DNA of 64,000 bases from Octopus sinensis (lineage: Eukaryota): positions 58,280,001 through 58,344,000 of the forward strand of contig NC_043004.1 in NCBI RefSeq assembly GCF_006345805.1, in the 5' to 3' direction. The notes under the pieces were generated by a model. That model made no database searches. It was not told where the DNA came from and saw nothing but the letters and a program-made list of their open reading frames with translations. Shown here piece by piece: positions 1-12,310 of this stretch (position 1 is its first letter; every line of letters begins with the position of its first letter). Both the position numbers and the translations under genes were made by a program.

Positions 1-688
1 CTTCTGAAAACAATAAAACTATTTTTTAAAAATATTTTTCAGTAAAGTTAATTTTATTTTTGCTATTTTCAGAACTGTTGTCATTTGGTTTTCAAAATAT
101 GGGGTCATTTATTATTAAAATATCAAACTGTTATTTTATAGAATATCTATTTTTATTTACAGATAACTACTTCATTTATTTACATATTAATGGTTAATTT
201 AGTTAAAATATAATGGTTAACAGACTATTTAGTCATCTTAAAGAAAAATAAACTAACTTTTTAGTTAATATTTTAATGCTGAACTACCAAATTTTATTTA
301 ATAGCTCCCCCTTGTATTGCATCACAATTAGGAATATAAATCTATATATTCTACATTCAAACACAATGCATTTACTGAGGAATATTCCCAAAGCTTTAAG
401 AAAATTGATTTAAAAAGTTCAATAAACTTCAAGGAATTTGCATTTTTTTAACTTTTCAAATCCCATGACATTTATACACCAGCATTTATTTACATTTATA
501 TAGGACAGAAATAGCCATACTGTTATGAATATTGTTCCACAACCATGTTGTGCTCAGTCCAACTCACTGATACTTTGGGCAATGGTTTTCTTTCATAGCC
601 TTCAGCTTAGGTTGACCAATGCTGTGTAAATGGAATTTGATTGTCAAAAATTATGCAGATATTCATTATATATATTTATATATATCAA

Positions 689-721
<33 letters not shown>

Positions 722-1410
722 AGTGAGTGTGTGTTCTTGTGTTTTAACCTTGTCTAGATATTTGTGTACTTATTCTTATAAACAGTATATGTCCCACCAT
801 TCTTCAAAGAACAATGGGAAAATATTAGTTTTCTTAGAAGCAGGTGATGGTTAACAACAGGAAGAACATCTGATCATAGAAAATCTACCTTAACGATGTT
901 TTGTCAGTTCTATGCAAGCATGGAAAAGTGGTCATTCAAGTGATGATATTATGTCTTACACATGTGTCTCTGTGTATACATACATACATACATACATACA
1001 TACTAGGGTGGTGCAAAAACTGCAACTTTGTAAACAAGAATCGATATTTTGTTGCAAATTAGGGTTAAAAGAAAGGTGTATAAAGAACTTTGCAGTTAAA
1101 TATGTTTTTCAACACAATCAAAAATTTTTTAAATTACTATTTTTAGTCAAACTTTGGATTTCATGGATTATAACAAATACATATTTCTACATAGCAGAAT
1201 GCAAAACAGTAAATATAGTATCCTTAAGAGGTTGCACACCAAGTTTCAATACAATTGATTAATATCTTGAGGTTCCGCATGAACGATAAAGAGAACTGGA
1301 GTGTGAACTTCTCTCCAGTGCTTCTGCAAGAGTATTTGCTTGTAGATGTATGTCATATGGGTGTGAAGTTTTCTACTTTGTACCTTGCCTTTAGGCTATT
1401 GTATTAAAAT

Positions 1411-1821
1411 TGCAGGAATGGCTGTGTGGTAAGTAGCTTGCTAACCAACCACATGGTTCCGGGTTCAGTCCCACTGTGTGGCATCCTGGGCAAGTGTCTT
1501 CTGCTATAGCCCCAGCTGACCAATGCCTTGTGAGTGGATTTGGTAGACGGAAACTGAAAGAAGCCTGTCGTATATATGTATGTATATATGTGTGTGTGTA
1601 TGTGTTTGTTTGTCTGTGTTTGTCCCCCTAGCATTGCTTGACAACCGATGCTGGTGTGTTTACGTCCCTGTCACTTAGCGGTTCGGCAAAAGAGAACGAT
1701 AGAATAAGTACTGGGCTTACAAAGAATAAGTCCCGGGGTCGATTTGCTCGACTAAAGGCGGTGCTCCAGCATGGCCACAGTCAAAGGACTGAAACAAGTA
1801 AAAGAGTAAGAGTAAAGAGTA
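1411..1821 (+). mobile_element. SINE family A
   Basis: Pol III A/B-box head (tggctgtgtggtaag...ggttcagtcc), internal TA/TG tract, 3' ...gactgaaacaagtaaaagagta tail. Confidence 0.92.
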
Positions 1822-1867
1822 TGTTAAATTTAGTGTTGTTTACATTTAGTGATGACACATAGGCCAA

Positions 1868-2370
1868 TAACACGTCATGATAGTGAATGCCCAATATCTG
1901 GTATTCTATGTGATCTTAGTGTGCGAGTTTTGCCAACTTACAAGGACATATTAAAATGTGTTTTTATTTGAAGGAGAAAATGAAAAGAATGTAACTAAGA
2001 AGAGATTGTCAAGATTGTAGCAGAAAAGATAATTCTTCTTTGGCAAAAGGTATCCACCTCTTGTGTTACAACTGAGTCAGTTAAACCGAAAATCTTAAAC
2101 TTTTATTTAAATTACCAAGTATTACAAAAATCTGTGAAAAATAGAAAAAGAATGGGTCGTCGTTTCAAACAAAGTGTAATGTGTAAAGATTTATTTGACA
2201 TTTCCTGTTGCAAATGCAACTCCCTTAAAAACTGTAGTTGTAGTAGAAACAAAAAAGTACCACAGAGAGAACAAGACTTTTTACAGGATCAGTAAACAAA
2301 TTGAAAAATGATCGTTGGTGTAATAGCTCAAGCAGTATCTAAACAGAATGTTCAGAGGTTGATTAGAAAG
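1868..2370 (+). pseudogene. Frameshifted transposase N-terminal region with Cys-rich motif
   Basis: TRHDSECPISGILCDLSVRVLPTYKDILKC, then open frame 2005-2292 ending LFDISCCKCNSLKNCSCSRNKKVPQREQDFLQDQ; resembles cc8K15.2/hATm-type transposase N-termini (from memory). Confidence 0.6.
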
Positions 2371-3545
2371 AATCGGCCAGATCACAGTTGCTCTTCTACG
2401 TCAGCAAAGAAAAATTCGGTTTAACTGACTCAGTCATAACAGAAGGGATGGATGCTTTTTACCAAAGAAGAATGATCTTTTCTGCTACAATCTTGACAAT
2501 TTGTTTAATTTATTTTAATGTGTGTGTAATATAAACTTCATGCAACACATATATTCGGTGACCTAGCATTAAAAATAATAAAGAAAGCAAAGTTGGAAAG
2601 GCTATTTATTTCACATAATTTCGAAATTTCAAGTGCGTTGTGGAACCTGAAGATATAAATTTTAGAACTTGAGATTTTAACACTCTTGTTTTTAAAGGAT
2701 TTCGTAAAAGAAAATTGATTCGTAATAATGAATTTAAGAAATAAAATTAGGAACAGCAAACATGTTATAAATTGATTTTTCACTCTTTATTCAAAATTTC
2801 AAGTGGGCTGCGGAGCCTGAAGGTGTAAATTTGAGAACTTCAGATTTTAACACAGTTGCTTTTAAAGGATTTTGCAATAAAAAAAAATATTTTTTTTGAA
2901 AGCATATTTCGAAAATCTTTGTAAAAAGTACCTTTTTCACCCTATGTATATATATGTATATATATATATATATATATGTATGTATATATATATATGTATG
3001 TATATATATATATATACATATGTATATGTTTATATACATACAGACTTTCTGTCTCCAGATCTCTCTCTCCTCTTTCTCTTTATAGTTGCACAAAATCATA
3101 AGCTAACACACAGACACACACGTTTACTGCTGTACCTTTGTTCCAGATACATAACTACATTTACCAAATTTTCCTGCTTTATCTGGAAAATAAGCACTTT
3201 AAAGAACATTTGTAGTTATCAAGTAAACATTCCTGCCAGCAAAATACCTACTGCTTGGTAAAAAGGTCAAATCAAATTCAAACTGTTGACTCTTCCTACA
3301 AATATATACTCTTTGAAGTATATTTCACTTCAAAAGACATCTTGCTATGGAGTATCTACCAATCAATTTCAACTGTGGAAATCAAATCACTTAACCAATC
3401 ATGAACCTCAAAGTGGTTGGTATTCAAAACAAGAGAATATTACTAATTAGTTGACTGCATTTTTTTTTTTTTTGAAGACGTACCATTCTGACCTTATTTA
3501 ATCGGTTGTTTGACACTTTAAATCTTGGGTCATTTTGTCTTGATT

Positions 3546-3960
3546 TTTTTTTTTTTTGTTTAGCTGGTTCTGTTGGAAGTAGCAGTGCTCATGACCTTTG
3601 CAGATACTCTTAGAGTGGTAGGATTGAGACCATTAATATTTCTCTTGAACCTTTGTAAATCAACATCTGTAGGAAAGATATAAGCAGAGCAGGAATTCCA
3701 GCAAGCCAAAGTTTTAAGGAGGAATAACAGAGTGTAGTGTTTAGGCATAGGGTTGGATGAAACAAAAGTAATGTTAGGAGGAGATTTAAATGGAATAGGT
3801 GTACCTGAATGGAGGTAGTACAAGCCCAACTAGTTACAAGATGCAAATGTTATACCTGTTGTAGGAAAAGCAATGAAGGGAAGAGGCTGGAGTGTGTCTG
3901 TGAGTGACTTTATGCCAGTCATAGAGGATGTGGTCTAGAATGTTTGTGCATGTAGCAGCA
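3546..3960 (-). mobile_element. 5'-truncated CR1/Jockey-group LINE 3' end
   Basis: Minus frame ...CWNSCSAYIFPTDVDLQRFKRNING resembles the WNSLP..FP..DLQ.FK C-terminus; followed by an A-tail. Confidence 0.5.
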
Positions 3961-4893
3961 ACACAAATGTCTCAGATGTCAGAGCAGTACTCCATTGTAA
4001 AGCAACAAAGAAGATGAAATAAGATGTCAATTGGTTCTTTTAAAATGGTACTGAGTTTAAATTGTAAGCAACATCTGAATATGTTCTGACTAATTTATAG
4101 ACACAATGCAAAAGTTTCTCTTTCTTGAACAGAAATGATGTTGCTGAAGGTCGTTTATAGAGAAAGCAATCTATAGAACTAATTTTAATAATAATGAAAT
4201 TCAAAACTCTATTGTTATCCTAAGCAAAATGAAGGGAAACAATACTGAATTTTAAAATTATTATAAAAACTCTCAGTTGGCTATGGAAAGACCAGATTTA
4301 CTTTTAGTCATCAAAAATAGAATTGAATCTGATTGCTTGTTAACTGAACATGTTTTATGATTTTTCTGGAAGTTTTACTAAAATCTTAGTAGAAATATAT
4401 ATGTATTTATATTACCAATGGTTATTGTTTATAATAGCAGGCTTGCAGTTATAGGAAGGGTCATGGTTGGCATATCCAATTCATGAGCATAAAGTTTAAC
4501 TCCTGGATCTAGTGCACTGTGTCCTTGAATAAGGCACTTCATTCCATGTTGTTCCTATCAACTCTGTTGTAAATGACTACCATCTAGGTGGTAGACAGCA
4601 CTCTTCCCCCACCCTCTCTCTCTCTCTCTGGCTGTCATGTCCTGGGTCACTTGCTGTGAAAGGGTGGGTGACCAAGCAGATATCTGTGTTTGTTTATCAC
4701 TACATATGCAATTACAGATTGCATGATATATTTTACCATACTATACTCCTTCATGAATACTCCCTCATGAACTGCTAGTACTCACTTATGTTCAGGTAAA
4801 CATAAATAACATTATGTCATTATGTGCAATGTTTAAGACTCGACAAGCAAAAGTACAATCAGAGACTGAGTAGATGATTCAGTTATCTATTTG

Positions 4894-4915
4894 TTAAAGA
4901 ATGTTTCCTGCCATT
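4894..4915 (-). CDS. Candidate terminal coding exon H (MAGNIL-stop)
   Basis: Strong acceptor ttcttgtcttttacag|A; in phase 2 reaches TAA after 6 codons. Terminal status is uncertain. Confidence 0.4.
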
Positions 4916-5328
4916 CTGTAAAAGACAAGAATCCTAGAAATATTTAATCAGAATTTTAAAGGATTTTTAAAATATAAAAGAAATAATGCCAAAAATCAAT
5001 TATTTTATTGCAACTCATAAAATACTGTCACATTCATTAGCATTTTACAATTTATATGAAGAATTCTAAATTAGAATGGGTCAAAATTTTCAATTATCAA
5101 AATTATATATTTTTTTTTTTTTTGTTTATCATACACTAATAGTTTTGTTTCTTATTGAATTCTCTATCATAAAATGAGGCTTAAAATCCCGCTTATGCAT
5201 TCCCACTCAAATATGCTCCTTCAGCAAATTGCTGACATTATAAAGAACTGATTGAAGAGAAAATTCTGTTTCTAATTATACGTGCTATGGATAAAAATAA
5301 AACGCTGATGAAATTGAAAATAATTTAC

Positions 5329-5385
5329 CTAATACCAGTAACACGTGTATTTGCTATGGTATCAAATAACTCTAAACAATCTAGG
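5329..5385 (-). CDS. Candidate exon G (LDCLELFDTIANTRVTGI)
   Basis: Long pyrimidine tract then ctaag|C; donor AG|gtaaat; 57 nt, phase 2 to 2. Confidence 0.5.
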
Positions 5386-5598
5386 CTTAGCAATGTAAGC
5401 AAAGAAGAAAGAATGTTGAAATGACATTGATGATAAAAACAGATGAGAAAGATGACAATGGGTTCTAAATTCCATTGCCTTCTAGTAATCAGGCTTATAG
5501 TAGCTCCCCCCCCCAGCCTAATAAGAGTTATTATATGCTTCATTGCAGTCTATATCAACAGCTACATGAAATACATGATAGCTATAATTCTATAATGT

Positions 5599-5934
5599 GA
5601 AGGTGCGTGGCTCAGTGGTTAGAGTGTCGAGCTTACGATCGTGAGGTTGTGAGCTCGAATCCCGGACTGGGCTGCGTGTTGTGTTCTTGAGCAAGACACT
5701 TTATTTCACGTTGCTCCAGTTCACTCAGCTGTAGAAATGAGTTGCGATGTCACAGGTGCCAAGCTGTATCGGCCCTTGCCTTTCCCTTGGGCAACATCGG
5801 TGACATGGAGAGGGGAGGCCGGTATGCATGGGCGACTACTGGTCTTCCATAAAAAACAACCTTGCCCAGACTTGTGCCTCAGAGGGTAACTCTCTAGGTG
5901 CAAACCCATGGTCAGTGTCTGACCGAAGGGGGTC
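5599..5934 (+). mobile_element. SINE family B
   Basis: tRNA-like head gtggctcagtggttagag...gagctcgaatccc, conserved ttgagcaagacacttt core; second copy at 34411. Confidence 0.85.
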
Positions 5935-6143
5935 ACCATCACCATAATGCTAAAAACAGGAGATGTTGATGGGGAACATAAGAATCATCAGATCTACATG
6001 CATTGTTAATTAACACATAAAAAATATGGTATATAATTTTGAAATTGCATACACATATGCAACAAAAAGATTGGTGCAACATGGATTTTAGCCAGACTAT
6101 ACAGTAACCAAATTGTCCACTCCCTTCCTTAAACATAACATAC

Positions 6144-6205
6144 TTCCAACATATGTTTGCCCCCACTTTCAAAATAGTTGCCCTAATTGGTCTGGGAACA
6201 CCATA
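6144..6205 (-). CDS. Candidate exon F (YGVPRPIRATILKVGANICW)
   Basis: Acceptor cttatcagttgcatag|TAT, donor AA|gtatgt; 62 nt, phase 0 to 2. Confidence 0.65.
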
Positions 6206-6250
6206 CTATGCAACTGATAAGAGTGATGTTGATAGTTTCATATATATGTA

Positions 6251-6487
6251 CAAAATGAGGGAATGGAGCTAGTAAAATCCAGGCTACATATGTTTCCTAG
6301 TTAGCAGAACCTCAGAAGTAATAATTACTCAATGAGGATACTCCACTAGCTATTCATCAGGCCAAAAGTACCTTAGTTAACTTGAGATCCTTTTATGACA
6401 ATGTAACTTCCATTTGACTAAGGTATCTTCCTGCTAGCTAGGAAACATATGTAGCCTGGATTTTACCTGCTCCATTCCCTCATTTTG
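6251..6487. mobile_element. MITE with 57-bp terminal inverted repeats
   Basis: 6251-6307 is the reverse complement of 6431-6487 with about 3 mismatches; no clear TSD. Confidence 0.85.
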
Positions 6488-7374
6488 GATTTTTATTTGC
6501 ATACATAGCAACTTTAGTTGCTAACCATGAACTATAAAATAACTCTTTTTCAGTTTAACAAACTTTGATATGGAAAAAAAAAACTCACAACCTTTCAATG
6601 CCATTAAACTGCTATTGTTCCTGAAAGTTGTTTTTTATACCTTCTGCAGACTGCTCAAAACTTACTAACTTCCTATACTTTGATCCTTCGATCTTACATT
6701 TACATATTATTATAATATATATATATATATATATGTTCCTTATATTATAGGGATTCTATTTATAGAGGTATTCTGCATGCCATATTCTTACTTACAAGGC
6801 TCTGGACAGCTTGGACTTGTAGTAAAAGATATGAGGAACTTTGTGTATCTTCAAAGAATGTTTCAATAAGCATTTTCATGTAAGAACTAGGCAATGTAGA
6901 AAAGGAAATTAAAGTCCTGCAGTAGCAGACACAGTTTGATTAGGACTGATGATGAGCACTGCTAATCACAAACATGATATTGACCAATTAAATATATTTT
7001 CCCCAAAAGTGTTGCAAACTCACATTTTATTAAATAGCTATATTAATATCATCATTATCATCATTGTTTTAACATCTACTTTTGCATGTTTGCTTCAAAT
7101 GAATGAGATACACTGAAGCAGGTTTCTATGACTGGATGTACTTCCTGTTGCCAACCCTGACTGGTTTCCAAGCAATGTAATATTTTCCCCTTGTCTGGAC
7201 ATATTTTCACAAGAATTTCCAAAGAGCTCTGCTTGTATGATAGTAATGTTTGTTTACAATTAGCATATGATGTCGAGACAAGGTGTCAAAAACACACATC
7301 AATACACACATACATATATACATAGACTCATGCATGCTTGCATACACACACACACACACACAACACACACACAC

Positions 7375-7411
<37 letters not shown>

Positions 7412-8297
7412 TGTATGGAAATGTTCTTTCAGTTTCTGTCCATCAAATATTCACTGCCAAGGCTTTGGCCAGCTCGGGGAAATAGTTGAAGACATTTGCC
7501 CAATGTGATGTACAGAGGGACTGAATTCAAAATTGCATGGGTGCAAAGAAAATTTCCTAACTACACAGCCATACTTGTATATTCATTCAAATCATACTCC
7601 TGCACACTTGATCATGAAATAAATCTTCACTCTGAGTATTATGTTGATGAAAGACATCTTATAGACAACCTGTATAAACAACACACTTGCCCCAGAGGAC
7701 ATAGGTGGACTACAAGGCACAGTATTTTGGTGTAATTCTTGCCTCTTCAGTTACAGACACCACTCAGACCATTGGAACTAAATCTCTTTGGAAAAAAGCT
7801 ACTTTATGTATAGAGATAAGCAAAGAAATCATTTGACATGTGTGTATGTATACATGTGTGTGTGTGTGTGTGCATATATACACACACATGCAAGCATACA
7901 TATATGTATATGTGTGTGTGTATGTGTTTGTATTTTGTGTCAGGTAATGCTTAGTGTTTCTGTAACACATAATCCACTACAACTTGTTGCATGCTTGGCT
8001 TGTTCATGACTAAGACAGTAAATCAATGAAGCCTGCTTGGTAAGGTGGGTAGTTTTCATTGGACACTCCTCAGGAGAGTAATCAAAAGGTGGATGAACTA
8101 AGTAGAGTCAATTGCCATCTAGCACCTGGGAGTCAGAGACCCCCTAGTCTTTGTGTTGATATTGTTCTAGGAGAAGGAAAATTGATTTAACACCTGTGAA
8201 TTCATTTACATTCTTTGATATGGACGAGTTCTTCATTTGGGGAAAATGCATCCATAGTAACAGAGTGGGATTTGCCTTGTGTAAGGCTTTTCCTCAC

Positions 8298-8379
8298 TTT
8301 AAAAGGCTTTAAGAACAGGCATTTTTCAACACCTCTATTAACATCTCTAATATATGTAGAATACAATGGAAGGCCATAA
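8298..8379 (-). CDS. Candidate exon E (YGLPLYSTYIRDVNRGVEKCLFLKPFK)
   Basis: Strong acceptor ttttgctttttacag|T, donor AAA|gtgagg; 82 nt, phase 2 to 0. Confidence 0.7.
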
Positions 8380-8544
8380 CTGTAAAAAGCAAAACTTTCA
8401 ATGAAAAATTTTATAATAGAATGGGTAGTAATCTTTCTGAACATCTACTGCAAGAGGTGCCCATCATTACCACAGCTATGTGAAAGAGTGTTGGTCTCTA
8501 ACAGGGCTGAAAAGTCAAGTCACATCCCTGTTATCTTTTATCTT

Positions 8545-8880
8545 TTACCTACTTCAGTCATTAGACTGAAGCCATGCTGGGGCACCACCTTGAAGAATTT
8601 TGAGCCAAATGCATACTACATACCTTTTTTTCTCTAAAGCTTGATACTCATTCTATTGGTCTCAGTTGCCAAACTGCTACGTTATGAGGATGTAAACACA
8701 CAAACATCAGTTGTCAAGCTGTGGTGGGGGACAAAAACACACACACACACACATATATATGATGGTCTTCTTTTGGTTTCCATCTAGTAAATCCACTCAC
8801 AAGGATTTGTCAGCCCAAAGCTATAGTAGAAGATATTTTCCCAAGGTGCCACACAGTGGGACTGAACCCAGAATCATGCG
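8545..8880 (-). mobile_element. SINE family A (diverged)
   Basis: Colinear with family A but with many substitutions. Confidence 0.75.
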
Positions 8881-9171
8881 GAGGAGAAGAAAATTAAGAA
8901 CAATCAAGTGAAGGCATTACTTGAATTAAAGCTATATATATTTCCTTTTAATATGCTTCTGTTGAAGAAACTTATGATGTTGAATCAGAACATACTTAGC
9001 ATGAAGATATATTTCAGATACAATCTCTAACTAAACACTAATCATTACAAAAAGTATTCTATTAACACTAGGAATAAAATTAAAAATTCTAATTTTATAT
9101 TTGAGGGTCAGAGACGAAGATAACTATCACAGTCAGTTTTGGTAAATAGACAAGATTTAGATGTAACTTAC

Positions 9172-9251
9172 ACCTCTTCTGACCTTAAAAACAAGAGGTG
9201 TTGACTTTTGTACTGTACACCAGAGAGATTCCTATCAACTTCACTATGCTG
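9172..9251 (-). CDS. Candidate exon D (QHSEVDRNLSGVQYKSQHLLFLRSEE)
   Basis: Strong donor GT|gtaagt; tandem CAGCAG acceptor with weak pyrimidine tract (start 9251 or 9248); phase 0 to 2. Confidence 0.58.
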
Positions 9252-9782
9252 CTGTTACTACTGGCAATGATCTAATGCATCATGTGATGCCTAATACTCA
9301 GCTGATGCATGTGTTAATGCAGCACTGGTGACAGGATAACAATGTAACCATCCTTTGGCTGTTTGTTGAGTAATCTAAAAATTCAGCTCATCCTTAGCTT
9401 GATTTTCATTATATTTCTGATGAATATCCTTAGAAACATGATGACCAAAACAATAATGCAGCTGATTGTGTGTTGGCCAAAGAACTTGAAATCATTATTT
9501 TTCCCCTTTACTAATGGCATATCTTTTGTTTCTACATGTAGAATAACATTTGTAAACTATACAGAATAATTTAGATTTACTTTGATAAAGTTTTCTTTGA
9601 TATTTTAGAGTCAATCCCAAGTCATTAAAGGATTTTTTCACTGACATTTCTGTTTTATGGAACAGACAATGTATGATTTATGAAATATTGAAGGAAATGT
9701 AATTTTCATTCAAATTCATGCCAGCAAAAATGCATTAACATGGGAGTTCTATGGCTGCTGATAATGTTTTATAATTGCTTAC

Positions 9783-9835
9783 AGTAACTGAAATATTACC
9801 AAGGTACAGAAACCGGATGTAAACTGTGTCAATAG
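9783..9835 (-). CDS. Candidate exon C (IDTVYIRFLYLGNISVT)
   Basis: Acceptor ttttcttttatattgtaaag|CT, donor ACT|gtaagc; 53 nt, phase 1 to 0. Confidence 0.6.
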
Positions 9836-10429
9836 CTTTACAATATAAAAGAAAAACTTCAATGGAAACTATATGACATTAGTTAATGTGTGTACTCATC
9901 TACATTTTCATATAATATATAAGTAATAATAATAACATAAGTGTGTTCTGTACATGCATGTGTAGCCAAGTGGTTAATGTGTTATAGTCATGAGGTCATG
10001 GTTTTCCTTTTTGGACTGGATGGCATATCGTGTCCATGAGCAAGGTCCTTCATTTCACATTGCTCCAATCTGCAGCTGAAAAGGAAGACCAACCAATTGC
10101 TAGTACAGCCCTTTTCCCTCTGGTTGTCATCTGGATGTTACACAGATTCATGGATGGGAGGGTTAAGAGGATGTTCTCGGCCCTCTCATCTAGTCGTCAA
10201 CTACATAGATATCTTTTACAATTAGTGAATGTATAATGTTTGCTAATTTATATATATATGTGTGTGTGTGTGCATGTATATCTCTCACTTTCTCTGTGTG
10301 TGTGTGTGGTGTGTGTGTGTGTATGTATGTATGTATGTATGTATGTATGTAGATGTGTGTGTGAATATGTATGTATATATGTATGTGTGTGAATATGTAT
10401 GTATTCATGTATGTACACACATACACACA

Positions 10430-10485
<56 letters not shown>

Positions 10486-10854
10486 TCATATATATAGACA
10501 CATACACACACACATATATAGGGCAGTGAACTGACAGAAACATCAGAACATTGGGATCTTTTCAGCAGCTGTCACAAGTTTGGAAATTTAACTGAAAATT
10601 TTATAAAATTTTAGTATATTGATGTAATTTTACATGCTGAATCTAAATTTGGGATTTATTTATTCTCAGAAAAATTAGGAAAATATTACAGAGGTTCAAA
10701 GTTTGATAATTTGTAGTTTAATAAGAAAACAAGAATCAGAAGTCAGCATTTTCTGCATGACATCTGTCTCACAAAATGACAGACAAAAAAAAAAAAGAAA
10801 AAAAACTGGCACAAAATGATATCACCCATCAAATTTTGTAGTGTGGTTATAGTG

Positions 10855-11106
10855 TGAAAGGTAGGAGAGTCCAGTTTGCTGGACATTGTTGTAGAGCTGA
10901 AAAAGAAGTAATTTCTACTCTTCTCCTCTGGAAGCCATCTACTCACAATACCAGAGGGCGCACACTCTCCTAACCTGATGTAATCTCCAGGGATACAGGC
11001 ATCCAGCAACAGGACCTCCGTAATGCTATGATGGACCATGAAGTCTGGCGTAACATAGTAAATTCCATTGTCTCGACCACTGTCGAACAATGATGATGAT
11101 GATGAA
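10855..11106 (+). mobile_element. 5'-truncated RTE-clade LINE with 13-bp TSD
   Basis: RRVQFAGHCCRAEKEVISTLLLWKP...DVISRDTG...NAMMDHEVWRNIVNSIVSTTVEQ-stop, (TGA)n tail; TSD tgtggttatagtg at 10842-10854 and 11107-11119. Confidence 0.9.
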
Positions 11107-11132
11107 TGTGGTTATAGTGGAGAAAGTCTTAC

Positions 11133-11194
11133 TTTGCAAAACAGATTCCAATGTGAAATTTATGTTTATGTGTATAAGAATAGCTTTTGATTGG
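11133..11194 (-). CDS. Candidate exon B (QSKAILIHININFTLESVLQ)
   Basis: Acceptor gtaattttag|C, donor A|gtaaga; 62 nt, phase 2 to 1. Confidence 0.5.
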
Positions 11195-11333
11195 CTAAAA
11201 TTACCCAAAGTTTGAAAACATTAAAAGCTATTAAATTTTTATTTATTAATTTATGGTGAAAATGAATTTCATTTTAATAATTAGCTTACAAAACTCATTA
11301 CTAAATCATTTTTCCAAATTTGAAAATAATTGG

Positions 11334-11723
11334 GTGGTAAGTAGCTTGTTTACCAACCACATGGTTCCGGGTTCAGTCCCACTGCATGGCATCTTGGGCA
11401 AGTGTCTTCTGCTATAGCCTCGGGCCGACCAAAGCCTTGTGATTGGATTTGGTAGACAGAAACTAAAAGAAGCCTGTCGTATATATGTATATATATATGT
11501 ATGTGTGTATGTGTTTGTGTGTCTGTGTTTGTCCCCCTAGCATTGCTTGACAACCGATGCTGGTGTGTTTACGTCCCCGTCACTTAGCGGTTCGGCAAAA
11601 GAGAACGATAGAATAAGTACTGGGCTTACAAAGAATAAGTCCCGGGGTCGATTTGCTCGACTAAAGGCGGTGCTCCAGCATGGCCACAGTCAAATGACTG
11701 AAACAAGTAAAAGAGTAAAGAGT
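11334..11723 (+). mobile_element. SINE family A
   Basis: Near-identical to the 1411 copy; a few 5' bases missing. Confidence 0.92.
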
Positions 11724-12032
11724 ATAACTGAAAAATATGAAATCTGTGATAGCAACCATTAAGATCCAAACATTGGATAGTATTTTGGATAGTATTTGTT
11801 CCAGCCTTTTGTATTCTCGAGTCAAATCTCAACATAGATTACTTTGTTGGTGGGCTCAGTCTGTCACATAGTTTAATCTTTAATCCCACCACCTGGATCT
11901 TAAATGCATTTAGTAGATTCTCTTGTGAGCATGTAGCCCAGCTTTCCAATTTGAAGATAGCTTTACCTGGCTCTCCTACCATTCTACCAGTCTTGGAAGC
12001 TGTAGAATGATTCCTGAGTACAGTCTTCCCAC

Positions 12033-12122
12033 CTGATTAAATGATTAAGATGTAAAACGTAACTCAGCTTGCTTAACTGACACAGAATAGGTTCCATGCC
12101 AAATCTGTGCGAGTAAGAACAT
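12033..12122 (-). CDS. Candidate internal exon A of unidentified minus-strand gene (CSYSHRFGMEPILCQLSKLSYVLHLNHLI)
   Basis: Acceptor ggttttctcatttag|A, donor CAG|gtggga; 90 nt, open, phase 2 to 2; joins exon B in frame. Confidence 0.55.
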
Positions 12123-12310
12123 CTAAATGAGAAAACCAATTGCTCTTAAAATTAAAATAAACCGTAAGTAAAATAAAATAAAATAAAAAGCTATCCAATA
12201 TATGCATAGACAAAATGGATGCCAAATGGTAATTAATAAAGTAATTCATAAGGTATAGATACACACGCACGCATGTGTGTGTGTGTGTGTGTCTAAATGT
12301 GGGTGTTATA

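Larger units (their letters stand above)
1004..2944 (+). mobile_element. Degenerate DNA transposon (hAT/hATm-like, inferred) interrupted by a SINE-A
   Basis: Ends TAGGGTG (1004) and CACCCTA (2938-2944); subterminal direct repeats at about 2625-2710 and 2795-2885; internal decayed transposase N-terminus. No 8-bp TSD seen. Confidence 0.45.

Noticed and set aside
1-40. Minus-strand acceptor-like ttttattgttttcag at 4-18
   Set aside because: Any exon would lie outside the window and cannot be evaluated.
1404-1862. Recurrent ORFs such as MTTDAGVFTS..., MLGGQTQT... and FQSFDCGHAGAPP...
   Set aside because: They are incidental frames in SINE-A copies, and the stops vary between copies.
10743-11090. 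Protein-like 115-aa minus-strand ORF (GIYYVTPDFMVHH...)
   Set aside because: It is the antisense frame of the plus-strand RTE LINE fragment.
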